Shown here one piece after another: positions 1 to 10,200 of a stretch of 64,000 nucleotides of DNA; within the stretch, counting starts at the first letter, position 1; each line of letters opens with the position of its first letter. The stretch lies in contig PFOR01000027.1 in assembly GCA_002792635.1 (NCBI GenBank), forward strand, positions 2,563-66,562, written 5' to 3'. Below the pieces are notes generated by a model, which made no database searches, was not told where the DNA came from, and saw only the letters and a list, made by a program, of their open reading frames with translations. The stretch comes from Candidatus Pacearchaeota archaeon CG_4_10_14_0_2_um_filter_35_33. GTDB taxonomy: Archaea; Nanobdellota; Nanobdellia; Pacearchaeales; GW2011-AR1. The position numbers and the translations under genes were made by a program.

Positions 1-587
1 CTTACATAGTTACGTGTCAGGATGGTGCTGGAAATGAGGGGTCTAGTTCATCTACGGATATAACAACTGATGCTTGTAGCGGTGGAGGAGGCGGTGGAGG
101 AGGCGGTGGAGGCCAGAATGCGCCGGATGAAGAGGTTACATGGACTGATACAATTGATGAGACTGGTACTGAGTTGAGAGACTTGGGTCTTGTTAGGAAA
201 AGAATTAGTGTAGAGCAGAGAGTTAGTTTGACTATTATGGGTCAAGAACACCATGTTGGAGTGGTCAGCTTGGGAACTAGAAGTGCTGTTCTCGAAATAG
301 CCAGCGAGCCACAACAGGTTAACTTTGCAGTTGGGGAAACTAGGAAGTTTGATGTTGATGGTGATGGAGTATATGATTTGATGGTTACACTAAAGGCTGT
401 AGATTCAGATGGAGCTGATGTGGACATGCAATACATTCAAGAAGAAATTTCTCCTGCGGTGGATGAGGGGACAACAACCACTGGCACTATAGACAGTGGA
501 ATCTCAACAACTGGATGGATAATAGGCATAATCGTCTTGATTGTAATAATCGTGTTGATTGTTTACTTTGTCAAGAAAAAGAAGTAA
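1..587 (+). CDS. Surface/S-layer-like protein, C-terminal part (5' truncated by window): poly-Gly linker, acidic domain, C-terminal TM anchor
   Basis: Frame is open from position 3 (YIVTCQDGAGNEG...CSGGGGGGGGGGGQNAP) into the listed 174-587 ORF; ends in hydrophobic WIIGIIVLIVIIVLIVYFV + KKKK. Confidence 0.75.
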   Translation, partial: YIVTCQDGAGNEGSSSSTDITTDACSGGGGGGGGGGGQNAPDEEVTWTDTIDETGTELRDLGLVRKRISVEQRVSLTIMGQEHHVGVVSLGTRSAVLEIASEPQQVNFAVGETRKFDVDGDGVYDLMVTLKAVDSDGADVDMQYIQEEISPAVDEGTTTTGTIDSGISTTGWIIGIIVLIVIIVLIVYFVKKKK

Positions 588-626
588 ACTGAAATGTTTA
601 TTAAGTTAGTTTTCTAAATTGATTGT

Positions 627-2297
627 ATGATTAGGGATTATGTCGTAAAAGCTGTTTCAGGGGTTTTGAAAGAAGATGTTTCTGACATTTTAGAAGTTCC
701 AAAGAGTTTTGATATGGGAGACTATGCACTGCCTTGTTTTTCATTTTCAAAGAAACTAAGAAAAAACCCTGTAGAAATTGCGAATGATATTGCAAAGAAA
801 ATTAAAGCGGGGAAAGAGATAGAAAAAGTTGTAGCTGTTGGAGGTTATGTTAACTTCTTTCTTAATTCTGGAAAGCTAGCTGAAAGAGTTATCGGGGATA
901 TTAAAGGAAAGAAGGAGAAATATGGTTCTGGTAAATCGGGGAAGGGGGTTACAATGGTCGAATTCTCTCAACCAAATACCCATAAAGCGTTTCACTTTGG
1001 GCATGTTAGAGGAACAAGTTTAGGGGAAAGTTTGGCTAGAATACTCGAATTCTCGGGAGAAAAAGCTGTCAGGGCTAATTATTCAGGTGATACGGGTATG
1101 CATATAGCAAAATGGCTATGGTGTTATATGAAATATCATTCTCATGAAAGGATAGTAAATGATGAGAAATGGATTGCTGGTATTTATGTTGATGCTGTTA
1201 AAAAACTGGAGAGCAATGAGAGTTTTGCGGAAGAAGTTGAAGAAATCAATAGAAAATTGGATTCTAGAAATGATGAGAAGCTGAACAAATTATGGGATAT
1301 GACAAGGAAATTTTCAATTTCTTCATGGGATAGAATTTATCATGAACTAAATACCAGATTTGATGTACATTATTTCGAAAGTGAGTTTGAAAAATCTGGA
1401 AAGAAAGAATGTAAGAACCTCATTAATAAAAAAATTGCAAAACTCTCTGATGGGGCGACAATTGTTGATTTGAAAAATAAAGGACTTGGAGTTATAGTTT
1501 TATTGAGGAAAGATGGGACTGTTCTATATGGTGCGAAAGATCTTGCACTTGCTAGAAAGAAATTTAGAGATTATAACTTAAACAGGTCAATTTATGTCAT
1601 TGGCAAGGCCCAGGATTTGCATATACACCAAGTTTTTGAGATTTTGAAGATGGCTGGATTCAAATATGTTGATAGTTTGGAATATGTTCCAATAAGCGAG
1701 ATAAGGTTTCCGTGGGGAAAAATGAGCTCTAGGAGTGGAGAAAATGTCCTTTATTCAGAATTTAGGGATAAAATGATCGAGTATGCTGTAAAAGAAATAG
1801 AAAAAAGATATAAGTTAAGTAGTAAAGATGCGTATGATAGGGCATTGGCAATTGCAACTGCTGCAATTAAGTATTCTATATTAAAGCAAGATGTTAATAA
1901 AAACATTATATTTAATCCGAAAGAAGAAATAAAATTTGAAGGGGATACAGGACCTTATTTGTTGTATAGTTATGCAAGGGCATTAAGCATTCTTGAAAAA
2001 GCAAAATATAAGGGAAAGAGATTCTCTGCTGGTAAATTAGGGCCAGAAGAAAAAAAGTTAGCTGTCTTGTTTGGAAGATTCCCTGAAATTGTAGAAAATT
2101 CTTATAGGAATTTGAATCCTGCTTTAATTGCTCATTACTCTTACGAACTTGCAAAAACATTCAGTGAATTTTATCACAACTGTCAGGTAATTGGCTCAGA
2201 TTCTGAACAGTTTAGATTGGAATTAGTAAGTTGCTTCGCACAGGTCCTGAAGAATTCCCTTAATCTGCTTGGAATCGATGTTCTTGAGAAAATGTGA
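627..2297 (+). CDS. argS: Arginine--tRNA ligase
   Basis: VEFSQPNTHKAFHFGH (HIGH-like), KMSSRSG, GDTGPYLLYSYAR, DALR-like C-terminus. Confidence 0.97.
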   Translation: MIRDYVVKAVSGVLKEDVSDILEVPKSFDMGDYALPCFSFSKKLRKNPVEIANDIAKKIKAGKEIEKVVAVGGYVNFFLNSGKLAERVIGDIKGKKEKYGSGKSGKGVTMVEFSQPNTHKAFHFGHVRGTSLGESLARILEFSGEKAVRANYSGDTGMHIAKWLWCYMKYHSHERIVNDEKWIAGIYVDAVKKLESNESFAEEVEEINRKLDSRNDEKLNKLWDMTRKFSISSWDRIYHELNTRFDVHYFESEFEKSGKKECKNLINKKIAKLSDGATIVDLKNKGLGVIVLLRKDGTVLYGAKDLALARKKFRDYNLNRSIYVIGKAQDLHIHQVFEILKMAGFKYVDSLEYVPISEIRFPWGKMSSRSGENVLYSEFRDKMIEYAVKEIEKRYKLSSKDAYDRALAIATAAIKYSILKQDVNKNIIFNPKEEIKFEGDTGPYLLYSYARALSILEKAKYKGKRFSAGKLGPEEKKLAVLFGRFPEIVENSYRNLNPALIAHYSYELAKTFSEFYHNCQVIGSDSEQFRLELVSCFAQVLKNSLNLLGIDVLEKM

Positions 2298-2368
2298 GCC
2301 TTTGTCGTCGATAAACTGATGAGTGGAGTATAGTAAAGATTAAAAACCCTAATTTGTTGTGGTAGCCT

Positions 2369-2539
2369 ATGGTGATAGGATTATTAATAGTGAGTACAGG
2401 TTTTTTGATAGTTCTGTTCTTAATTTTATTTGTAATTCTCGTTACTAAACCGAAGCATAATCATTTTGAGCATAGAAAGAAGAGGAAGGAACTAGATAAT
2501 TTGAAGAAGCAGATTAATGGTGATGAAGATGCATGGTAA
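2369..2539 (+). CDS. Small single-TM protein, 56 aa (not in ORF track)
   Basis: MVIGLLIVSTGFLIVLFLILFVILVTKPKHNHFEHRKKRKELDNLKKQINGDEDAW*; TATA-like attaaaaa about 25 nt upstream. Confidence 0.6.
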   Translation: MVIGLLIVSTGFLIVLFLILFVILVTKPKHNHFEHRKKRKELDNLKKQINGDEDAW

Positions 2540-2549
2540 GGTTTAAAAA
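2538..2549 (+). promoter_or_regulatory. BRE/TATA promoter of SRP RNA
   Basis: aaggtttaaaaa about 20-30 nt before the RNA start; the same motif precedes tRNA-Ala and RNase P RNA. Confidence 0.7.
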
Positions 2550-2568
2550 CAGGATTTCTTGTTAAATA

Positions 2569-2828
2569 TGTAGACGAGCTGGCACGTTAGCCCCGTGCTA
2601 TTCGCAAATGGGCTTTATGGCGGAGCTTAAAGGAGCGAGTGACGCAGAATCATGATAGTCTTCAGCTGGACGTTGAGGCACTGTCCTGTTCGACTCTGCT
2701 CCTGTGAAATGGGTCAGGCCAGGAATGGAGCAGCCCTAAACAAGAGTTTGGGTGCTTACGGGGGTGCGGTGCTGAGGAAGGTTGAAGGTAGCTATCATGG
2801 CAATGTTGAGCAAACTCCCCGTCTACAC
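2569..2828 (+). ncRNA. ffs: Archaeal SRP (7S) RNA
   Basis: Helix-8 motif GGGTCAGGCCAGGAATGGAGCAGCCC; terminal helix tgtagacg/cgtctaca; GC-rich island followed by T-run. Confidence 0.93.
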
Positions 2829-2887
2829 TTTTGAGTTTGCGGGAGGTTTTTTGAAAGATATATAAATGCTGGTTTTTTATTAAGTAT

Positions 2888-3430
2888 ATGAATAAAAGAG
2901 GGCAATTTTTTATTTTGGCTGCAATTATTGTTATCGCAATTGTTTCTGGATTAGCCGGTATTGCTAACTACGCTAGTGCTGGAAGTGAACAGGAAGCATT
3001 TTATGATTTATCTAGGGAGGTTGGGTTTGAAACAAAAAGAGTTTTAGACTGGGGCGTTTTTAATGAAGAAAATGTTGATGTTTTAACTGAGGGATTTTTG
3101 TATGAATATGCAAATTATATTGCGACTGAAAGAGAAGAAGTTTTGTTTGTATATGCTGATGAGGAAAGTTTAGAGATTGAGGCTTTAATATTTTTAGAAG
3201 AAAGTGTGGGGAGAATTGGTCTTGACACTGGGTCTAATAGAGATAAGGGAATACAGATAAATAGACGAACTGGAAAAGAGGTGGAAGAAGTTTTTGTCGA
3301 CAATATTCAAAAAAAAGTTACTGTTAGGATAGACGGGATTGATTATACTTCTCATCTCACAAAGGGACAAAATATATTTTTTGTTATAATAAAAGAGGTT
3401 GATGGAGAAAGATATGTTGCTACGGGATAA
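2888..3430 (+). CDS. Pilin-like protein with class III signal peptide
   Basis: MNKRG/QFFILAAIIVIAIV. Confidence 0.75.
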   Translation: MNKRGQFFILAAIIVIAIVSGLAGIANYASAGSEQEAFYDLSREVGFETKRVLDWGVFNEENVDVLTEGFLYEYANYIATEREEVLFVYADEESLEIEALIFLEESVGRIGLDTGSNRDKGIQINRRTGKEVEEVFVDNIQKKVTVRIDGIDYTSHLTKGQNIFFVIIKEVDGERYVATG

Positions 3431-4583
3431 AAAAGGCGTAAGTTTGATGATAGGATATGTTCTTCTTATAGTGATAGCTGTTAGCTTGGGTGCTTTAGTA
3501 TTTGGTTATCTCAAATATTATGTTTCTGGTCCTCAGGCAGAATGTCCTGATAATCTTGCTTTGAGTATTGAACAAGCTAGTTGTGGGGGTGGAATTGTTA
3601 TGGTCCAACTAAAAAATAGGGGTTTATGGAATCTTGATGGTGCTTATATTAGGATTGGTGAGCCCGGTAGGGAATTTAAGTTACAGTTAAACGCCCCTCC
3701 AGATACTGTTAGGTTTGCTGACTATTATGATACTGAGGGATTGCCTCCTGGCGAGATTTGGCCAAGGGTTGGAGGCCCAAGAAGTTATGACTATACTGGC
3801 ATAGGTCCTCATATTTTGGAAGTTGAACCTGCCTTATTTATTGATGACGAATGGGTTTTATGTAATGAGGCAATAATCAGACAGGAAATTGAATGTGGTA
3901 ATGGGGTTAACACAGCACCTATTGTGACAATAAGAAGTCCTGAAAGTACCACATATAGCCCTGGTGAGAACATTTTATTTGATTATAGCATCATTAAAGC
4001 AGATACTTGCAAGTTTAGATTGTTTGACATGACTGATGATGTTCAGATAGATGCAAGACAAGGGTTAAGATGGTGTGAGCTAAATCAAGAAAGAACTCTT
4101 GAATCAGGAAACCAGTATAACTTTAGCGCTTATGGTGAGAACTCGTTAGGAGAATATGATATAGAGGAGGTAATATTTGATGTGGCAGAGGAGCCTATAA
4201 ACTATCCTGATATAACCTTAGAATTGCCCTTGACTTATCCACCTAGATTTTATGATAATTGTGGTGCTGTGCCTTACAAGTATTTTGTAAATAATGTAGG
4301 GGATAATTCTCCTGTTGAATGTTGGTTTGAGTTATGGGATGACCTTGGAAATCAGATAGGAGATACTCAGATGTTATATGATTCTGACTGCCAGGCTAAT
4401 AATGAAATAAAAGAGGGAACATTCCATTTTGGTTTAGAAGGGGGAGTGGGAGAAGGTATCTTTAAAGCAAGAGGAAGAGATATTGTTGGGTATGAGATTA
4501 CAAAAGAGGTCGCATTCCGTATTGAGGATACTGACTGTAAAATTCCTAAAGGCCAAGGAGGTAATGGAATGTACCAGCTTTAG
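3414..4583 (+). CDS. Large pilin-like/adhesin protein with Cys-containing Ig-like extension
   Basis: MLLRDKKG/VSLMIGYVLLIVIAV; ATG at 3414 is the more likely start; NTAPIVTIRSP Ig-like domain start. Confidence 0.75.
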   Translation: MLLRDKKGVSLMIGYVLLIVIAVSLGALVFGYLKYYVSGPQAECPDNLALSIEQASCGGGIVMVQLKNRGLWNLDGAYIRIGEPGREFKLQLNAPPDTVRFADYYDTEGLPPGEIWPRVGGPRSYDYTGIGPHILEVEPALFIDDEWVLCNEAIIRQEIECGNGVNTAPIVTIRSPESTTYSPGENILFDYSIIKADTCKFRLFDMTDDVQIDARQGLRWCELNQERTLESGNQYNFSAYGENSLGEYDIEEVIFDVAEEPINYPDITLELPLTYPPRFYDNCGAVPYKYFVNNVGDNSPVECWFELWDDLGNQIGDTQMLYDSDCQANNEIKEGTFHFGLEGGVGEGIFKARGRDIVGYEITKEVAFRIEDTDCKIPKGQGGNGMYQL

Positions 4584-4608
4584 TTAGCTAAACATATAAA
4601 AAGAAAAA

Positions 4609-5097
4609 ATGAATAGTAATAAGATGGGAAGAGGGGAAAGGAAAGGATTGTCGCCGGTTGTGGCTACGGTTTTATTGATATCAATAGTTATTGTTTTGGC
4701 ATTAATAATCTTTCTATGGGCCAAAGGTTTTGTTTCTGAAAAGAACCTTAAATTTCAGAAGGCTATTGAATTATCGTGTGATGATGTCGATTTTGTCGCG
4801 GATTATGTTGCAAATAGTAATTACTGTGATGGGGATGATGAAATAGGTATTGTTAATCAAGCAGATGTTCCCATATATGGGATTATTGTGAAGGAAATTG
4901 GTCCTGGGAGGGTTAATGCTAATGATATCTTTCCTGATTCAACTCTTAATCAGGGTGAAAGTAGAAGGATTTGTTTAGAGCCAATAAGTGGAAACACAGA
5001 GGGGTTGTTAGTTGTCCCTGTCTTGCTCGGGCAGTCTGGCTCGACAAGAAAAACACATGATTGTGATGACTCATATGGGTTCGTCATCCCATTATAG
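4609..5097 (+). CDS. Archaeal type IV pilin
   Basis: RKG/LSPVVATVLLISIVIVLA, classic archaeal pilin N-terminus. Confidence 0.88.
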   Translation: MNSNKMGRGERKGLSPVVATVLLISIVIVLALIIFLWAKGFVSEKNLKFQKAIELSCDDVDFVADYVANSNYCDGDDEIGIVNQADVPIYGIIVKEIGPGRVNANDIFPDSTLNQGESRRICLEPISGNTEGLLVVPVLLGQSGSTRKTHDCDDSYGFVIPL

Positions 5098-5131
5098 GAA
5101 ATATTAAAAACTAAAAAAGGTAAATAAAAGG

Positions 5132-5683
5132 ATGAATTTGAAAAAGAGGGGATTGTCGCCGGTTGTGGCTAGCGTTTTGATAATATTGATAACTGTAGTC
5201 GCTGCAATGGTTATTGCCTCTTTTGTTATTCCCTGGGTTGGACAGATTGGAGAAGAAGGACAGGAGTGTTTTAATGTTTTAGGAGATTTGTCATTTAAGA
5301 GCACCCCTTATATGTGTTATGGATATGATGAAGTAAATACTCAAAATGTCACTGGATTTAGTGTTGAAATTAATAGTGATGAAATAGAGGGCTTCATATT
5401 ATTTGGGATTAAAGGGGGAAGTTCTGATAGGTTTGTTATTTTGGATGGAGACAGCCATCCTGAATTGAAGATGCTTGAAAATGCAGATTTTAATACACCC
5501 TTGGATGTTCCTTCCAGAGGGGGGGTTGTAACCTATGTTTATGATGGGTATATAGATTCATTTGAGATTCGTCCTATTCTAAAAGGAGGAAATGAGTGTG
5601 AAAGGAGTGATTCTTTTGAACCAAGATTGTGTTCGAATGATGAGGTTGTTTTGTGTATGTCTCGGAGTGGTGACTTCTGTTAA
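5132..5683 (+). CDS. Archaeal type IV pilin
   Basis: KKRG/LSPVVASVLIILITVVAA. Confidence 0.88.
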   Translation: MNLKKRGLSPVVASVLIILITVVAAMVIASFVIPWVGQIGEEGQECFNVLGDLSFKSTPYMCYGYDEVNTQNVTGFSVEINSDEIEGFILFGIKGGSSDRFVILDGDSHPELKMLENADFNTPLDVPSRGGVVTYVYDGYIDSFEIRPILKGGNECERSDSFEPRLCSNDEVVLCMSRSGDFC

Positions 5684-5688
5684 AGGAA

Positions 5689-6228
5689 ATGTTAAATAAA
5701 AAAGGACAGATTTGGGTTGAGACTGTTATTTATACTCTTATTGGGCTGGTTTTGATAGGAATTGTTCTTGCATTGCTTACTCCAAAAATAAATGAAATCA
5801 AAGACAAATCGATAGTTGATCAAACCATAGATGCCATGAAAGTTTTTGATTCCAAGATATCTGAGATTGTTGAGGGGGGGGCAGGAAATGTAAGAAATGT
5901 TGAATTTGGTATGAAAAGAGGTTCGTTATATGTTGATGGAGTAAATGATCTTGTTATGTATGAAATGGAAGATAGCAGAGTTATATATTCTGAGCCGAGT
6001 GTTGCCAGTAATGTTGGACGTATATCTGTCTTAACAGAAGAAGGAAGCATAGGTCACAGAGTTACATTAACTATAAATTATGATTTTGATTTGAAAGTTA
6101 ATGGGGTTGACGAAGAGAAAAAGTTCACTGCGGCTCCTGTCCCCTATAGGTTCTCGGTCAGCCATGGTGGATTTAGCGTAGGTTCTGAAACTAGAGAAAT
6201 AATAAATATCGTAGAATTAGGGCAGTAA
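5689..6228 (+). CDS. Pilin-like protein with class III signal peptide
   Basis: KKG/QIWVETVIYTLIGLVLIG (E at +5). Confidence 0.8.
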   Translation: MLNKKGQIWVETVIYTLIGLVLIGIVLALLTPKINEIKDKSIVDQTIDAMKVFDSKISEIVEGGAGNVRNVEFGMKRGSLYVDGVNDLVMYEMEDSRVIYSEPSVASNVGRISVLTEEGSIGHRVTLTINYDFDLKVNGVDEEKKFTAAPVPYRFSVSHGGFSVGSETREIINIVELGQ

Positions 6229-6268
6229 GAAGATTTAAATAAAAAATTTGTTTAGTCCTTATGAGAAG

Positions 6269-7795
6269 ATGGTGTTGAAAATTAATGTTAATCCCGTTGT
6301 TCCTGCATTACCTAGAATCAGGGATAAAACTAAGATAGACTTAAGATATTCATTGATTTCTCCATACGCTAATGCTCACATTTATTGGGATCCCAAAGCG
6401 AGAGAGTTGGTTTATGATTTAGAAGAGCCTGTGCTTGATTCGTTAGTGAGGGATACTCTTGAAAAGATAGAGGCTGGAATGGTGGAATTAATTAACATAA
6501 CTTCCGTTGTTGAAAGGACCGAAGAAGCGTTGATGGACTACATAGATAAGACCGCTAGAATTTTGATAAATGAGCTTGATTTGAAAGTTACTGAAACCGC
6601 CTATGAAAAGTTATTCTATTATCTTTATAGGGACTTTATTGGGTTAAATGAAATAGACCCTTTGTTAAAAGATTATTACATTGAAGATATAGAATGTAAT
6701 GGTGTTAATACCCCTATTTACATAATTCACAGAATTTATAGAAATCTTAGGACCAATATAAAATTTGACAAGGTTGAGAAATTAGCAAGTTTTGTTGAAA
6801 AACTTTCCCAAAGGACGGGCAGACATTTATCATATGCCCAGCCATTGCTTGATGGAACTTTGCCTGATGGGAGCAGAGTTAACGCGACTTATACTAAAGA
6901 TGTTACATCAAGAGGTCCAACCTTTACAATAAGAAAGTTCACAAAAGTTCCTTGGACTCCTACACAATTAATAGCATTGAATACCCTTAGTCCTGAAATG
7001 CTTGCATATTTCTGGCTTTTGTTACAATATAAGTCCAATATATTTATAGCTGGAGGAACTGCTTCTGGTAAGACTACTTTACTAAATGCACTTGCATTTT
7101 TTATTTCCCCCGAAGCGAGAGTTGTTTCTATTGAAGACACTAGAGAACTTAATCTACCCAGAGAAAACTGGATTCCTGCTGTTGCGAGAACTTCGATAGG
7201 GGTTGGAAAAGTTGGGGAAGTAGATTTGTTTGATTTACTTAAAAATTCTTTCAGACAGAATCCAGATTATGCGATTGTTGGAGAGGTTAGAGGAAGAGAG
7301 GCATTCGTATTATTCCAGGGAATGGCTTCGGGACATCCCAGCATGGGGACTATTCACGCAGATTCACTGGAAACAATGATTAGAAGGCTTCAAACACCCC
7401 CTATCAGCTTATCTCCTACATTAGTTAATACACTTGATTGTGTTGTAGTTATTTCGCATGCAATAGTCAGTAAGAAGCCAACCAGAAGACTTAGGCAGAT
7501 TGTAGAAGTCGTTAATGTTAATCCTGATGGAAGTACTGTGATAAACACTCCTTTTGTATGGGATCCTAAGCAAGATATCTTCTATTTTAAGAAACAAAGC
7601 AAGGTTTTCGAGAAAATATCTGACAGATATGGGATACCTATACAAGATCTCCAGCAGGAATTCATAATAAGAGCCAGGCTTCTTTATGCACTTTATCAGA
7701 AAAGGATTTTTGGATTCGAAGAAGTTGAGAAGGTTATAAATGAATATTATCTGAATCCTGAAGCTGTTTTGAGAAGGTTTGGGCTTATGCGTTGA
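6269..7795 (+). CDS. Type IV pilus/type II secretion assembly ATPase (PilB/FlaI/TadA family)
   Basis: Walker A GGTASGKT, SIEDTREL Asp box, RQNPDYAIVGEVRG Walker B, GH..TIHA His box. Confidence 0.95.
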   Translation: MVLKINVNPVVPALPRIRDKTKIDLRYSLISPYANAHIYWDPKARELVYDLEEPVLDSLVRDTLEKIEAGMVELINITSVVERTEEALMDYIDKTARILINELDLKVTETAYEKLFYYLYRDFIGLNEIDPLLKDYYIEDIECNGVNTPIYIIHRIYRNLRTNIKFDKVEKLASFVEKLSQRTGRHLSYAQPLLDGTLPDGSRVNATYTKDVTSRGPTFTIRKFTKVPWTPTQLIALNTLSPEMLAYFWLLLQYKSNIFIAGGTASGKTTLLNALAFFISPEARVVSIEDTRELNLPRENWIPAVARTSIGVGKVGEVDLFDLLKNSFRQNPDYAIVGEVRGREAFVLFQGMASGHPSMGTIHADSLETMIRRLQTPPISLSPTLVNTLDCVVVISHAIVSKKPTRRLRQIVEVVNVNPDGSTVINTPFVWDPKQDIFYFKKQSKVFEKISDRYGIPIQDLQQEFIIRARLLYALYQKRIFGFEEVEKVINEYYLNPEAVLRRFGLMR

Positions 7796-7828
7796 AAGGT
7801 ATATAAACGTTAATTTGTTTCTTAAAGT

Positions 7829-7993
7829 ATGAAAAAAGAGGATGCGGGGACGCTTTTTCAGTTAAATGAATCTTTAAAGGAGGCCGTAAATAAGCTGGGA
7901 TATTTTTACAATAAAGGAGATAAACAGAATTTTGAGGCTGTTAAACAAGAAATTCTGGCTATTCAGGGAAAGATTGACGCGTTGGCGAGATAA
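7829..7993 (+). CDS. Small helical hypothetical protein, 54 aa (not in ORF track)
   Basis: MKKEDAGTLFQLNESLKEAVNKLGYFYNKGDKQNFEAVKQEILAIQGKIDALAR*; TATA (tatataaa) upstream; stop 1 nt before next ATG. Confidence 0.6.
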   Translation: MKKEDAGTLFQLNESLKEAVNKLGYFYNKGDKQNFEAVKQEILAIQGKIDALAR

Positions 7994-7994
7994 G

Positions 7995-9302
7995 ATGTTT
8001 GAAGAATTAAGGGAGAATATAAGAACCCAAGAAGGATTGATTAGAGAACTTGGTAATTTTTATTCCAAGCTTGGTATGTCTAATCAAGAAGATACTAAGT
8101 TAATTATGGGGATAATTGATTCTATAATAAAAAGGATAAGAATTTCCAATCAAACTATACCTGAACTCGTTAGACATGTTACTCTTGCAAAGCAATTTAC
8201 TAATGTTAAAGTGGGAGATTTACAAAAGGCAAAGAAGATACAGAAGGTTAATTTGGGTAACAAGGAGGTTGCTGTTAAATCTAAGGATAAAAAAAAGTTT
8301 ATTGAAGAACTTAACATAAGTAAAAGTCTGATTAGAAGGTTGCAGAGGAGTGAATTAAAACAAGAAGAGGAAACAAGTTATGGTGCTAAAAGGGCTGGAT
8401 TTTATTCTAAGATTGCGAATAAAATTTTTCTGAAAAAATCACAGGATTGGCTCGAAAGAGGATTATTTAGGAAATTGGTGTTGGATATAAGAAAGAGTAA
8501 TATCAACATTCTGAGTCCTACTTATATATCAATCATGTTCCTTACACCTATTATTATGATATTTGTTTCATTACTTTTAGCTATATTCCTCTTATTTTTT
8601 AGCGCGGGTTTTACATTTCCATTTATTACAACTTACGAAGGGAGCTTGGGGATTAGGATTTTACAGACTTGGTGGATAATAATTGCTATTCCAATTTTTA
8701 CATGGGTTTCATTTTATTTCTATCCAACTTTGGAAAAAAAGTCATTAGGAACAAAGATAGATCAAGAATTGCCTTTTATGGTGATTCAAATGGGTTCTAT
8801 AGCTGGAAGTGGAATTGAACCTGTTGAAATATTCAAAATTATTGGACTTGGGAAAGATTATAGATATGCAGGGAAAGAAGTTAGGAAATTGTTAAACCAA
8901 ATAAATATTTATGGATATGATTTGGTTACTGCATTAACGAATATTGCTAATTCCACTCCGAGTAAGAAATTATCAGAATTATTTGGTGGGCTTGCCATTA
9001 CGATAAGTTCTGGGGGGCAATTGGAGACATTCTTTGAGAAAAGGGCTGACAGTTTACTTTTGGAATATTCTTTGGAAAGAGAAAGATTTACGAAAGTTGC
9101 CGAGACTTTTATGGACATATATATTAGTGTGGTTATTGCCACACCTATGATTTTACTATTATTATTGATTATGGTCTCTGTTTCAGGAATAGGTGTAGGG
9201 GGCTTGGGAATCACTCAACTGACTACTGCCATTATCTTATTGGTTGCCGTAGTTAATGTTATATTCCTTATCTTCCTGAATATGAAACAGCCAAGCTACT
9301 AA
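7995..9302 (+). CDS. Type IV pilus platform protein (TadC/FlaJ, T2SS F domain)
   Basis: IDQELPF...GSG motif, several TM helices; follows the ATPase; ATG at 7995 is the likely start. Confidence 0.9.
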   Translation: MFEELRENIRTQEGLIRELGNFYSKLGMSNQEDTKLIMGIIDSIIKRIRISNQTIPELVRHVTLAKQFTNVKVGDLQKAKKIQKVNLGNKEVAVKSKDKKKFIEELNISKSLIRRLQRSELKQEEETSYGAKRAGFYSKIANKIFLKKSQDWLERGLFRKLVLDIRKSNINILSPTYISIMFLTPIIMIFVSLLLAIFLLFFSAGFTFPFITTYEGSLGIRILQTWWIIIAIPIFTWVSFYFYPTLEKKSLGTKIDQELPFMVIQMGSIAGSGIEPVEIFKIIGLGKDYRYAGKEVRKLLNQINIYGYDLVTALTNIANSTPSKKLSELFGGLAITISSGGQLETFFEKRADSLLLEYSLERERFTKVAETFMDIYISVVIATPMILLLLLIMVSVSGIGVGGLGITQLTTAIILLVAVVNVIFLIFLNMKQPSY

Positions 9303-9303
9303 A

Positions 9304-10200
9304 ATGTTCAAGATAACAAAAGCACACTGGATAGGCGTAATTTTTGGATTAGTTGTAATTGGGATAGATTTGATATTTTTCTGGGGTGAAAGTTTGTTCT
9401 TGTTTTTGTTTGGGATAGGAGTTGCTGTTTTGTTTATGCCCTTCCTGATTAATATAATTATTGAAAGTAGCAAGGAAAAGGAAAAAAATGAGATGTTCTT
9501 GGAATTTTCAAGAAACTTGGCTGAGAGTGTTAAGACCGGAACTCCGATTAGCTCAAGTATAATTAATATGGGTGGTAAGAACTATGGTAGTTTGACCCCT
9601 CACGTGAGCAAGCTAGCAAATCAAATATCTTTAGGTATTCCTCTTAGAAAAGCTTTTGCGACTTTTGGAATTGAAGTTAAAAGTGATACAATAAGGAGGG
9701 CTGTTGGTTCTATAAGGGAGGCAGAAGCGGCCGGAGGAGAGATAGATAGAATACTTGATTCGGTTGCAAATTCAATTAACCAAATTGAGAAACTTAAGAA
9801 GGAAAGAAGATCTGCAATATACAGCCTTGTTGTTCAGGGATATATAATTTTCCTTATTTTTGTAGGAATAATGCTTGTTATGGAATTTAAGATACTTCCA
9901 TTAACCTCGGGTATTGGAAACCTTGAAGGAATAAGCAGTTTTGGAGGAATAGGTGGAACGGGTGGGGCCACTCCTGAACAACTATCCAAGCCTTTTCTTT
10001 ATCTCTTGCTTATCCAAGGCATCTTTGCAGGCTTTACAATCGGGAAATTATCCGAGGGGAATATACTTTCCGGGATTAAGCATTCTTTTGTATTGACTCT
10101 TCTCGCCTTTTTGATTTCCACAGGAGCACGATTATTTGTGACTCCGGAGCCAATTTCAATCATTCTTGGAACAGTAAAAAATCTCGTTCTGGGAGTGTAG
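9304..10200 (+). CDS. Second pilus platform protein (TadB/TadC, T2SS F domain)
   Basis: FSRNLAESVKTGTP...AGGEIDRIL...GIKHS pattern; TM helices. Confidence 0.9.
   Translation: MFKITKAHWIGVIFGLVVIGIDLIFFWGESLFLFLFGIGVAVLFMPFLINIIIESSKEKEKNEMFLEFSRNLAESVKTGTPISSSIINMGGKNYGSLTPHVSKLANQISLGIPLRKAFATFGIEVKSDTIRRAVGSIREAEAAGGEIDRILDSVANSINQIEKLKKERRSAIYSLVVQGYIIFLIFVGIMLVMEFKILPLTSGIGNLEGISSFGGIGGTGGATPEQLSKPFLYLLLIQGIFAGFTIGKLSEGNILSGIKHSFVLTLLAFLISTGARLFVTPEPISIILGTVKNLVLGV

Noticed and set aside
81..113. GGTGGAGGAGGC tandem repeat
   Set aside because: Encodes an in-frame poly-Gly linker; not a CRISPR or regulatory repeat.
2652..2834. 60-aa ORF
   Set aside because: Lies within the SRP RNA.
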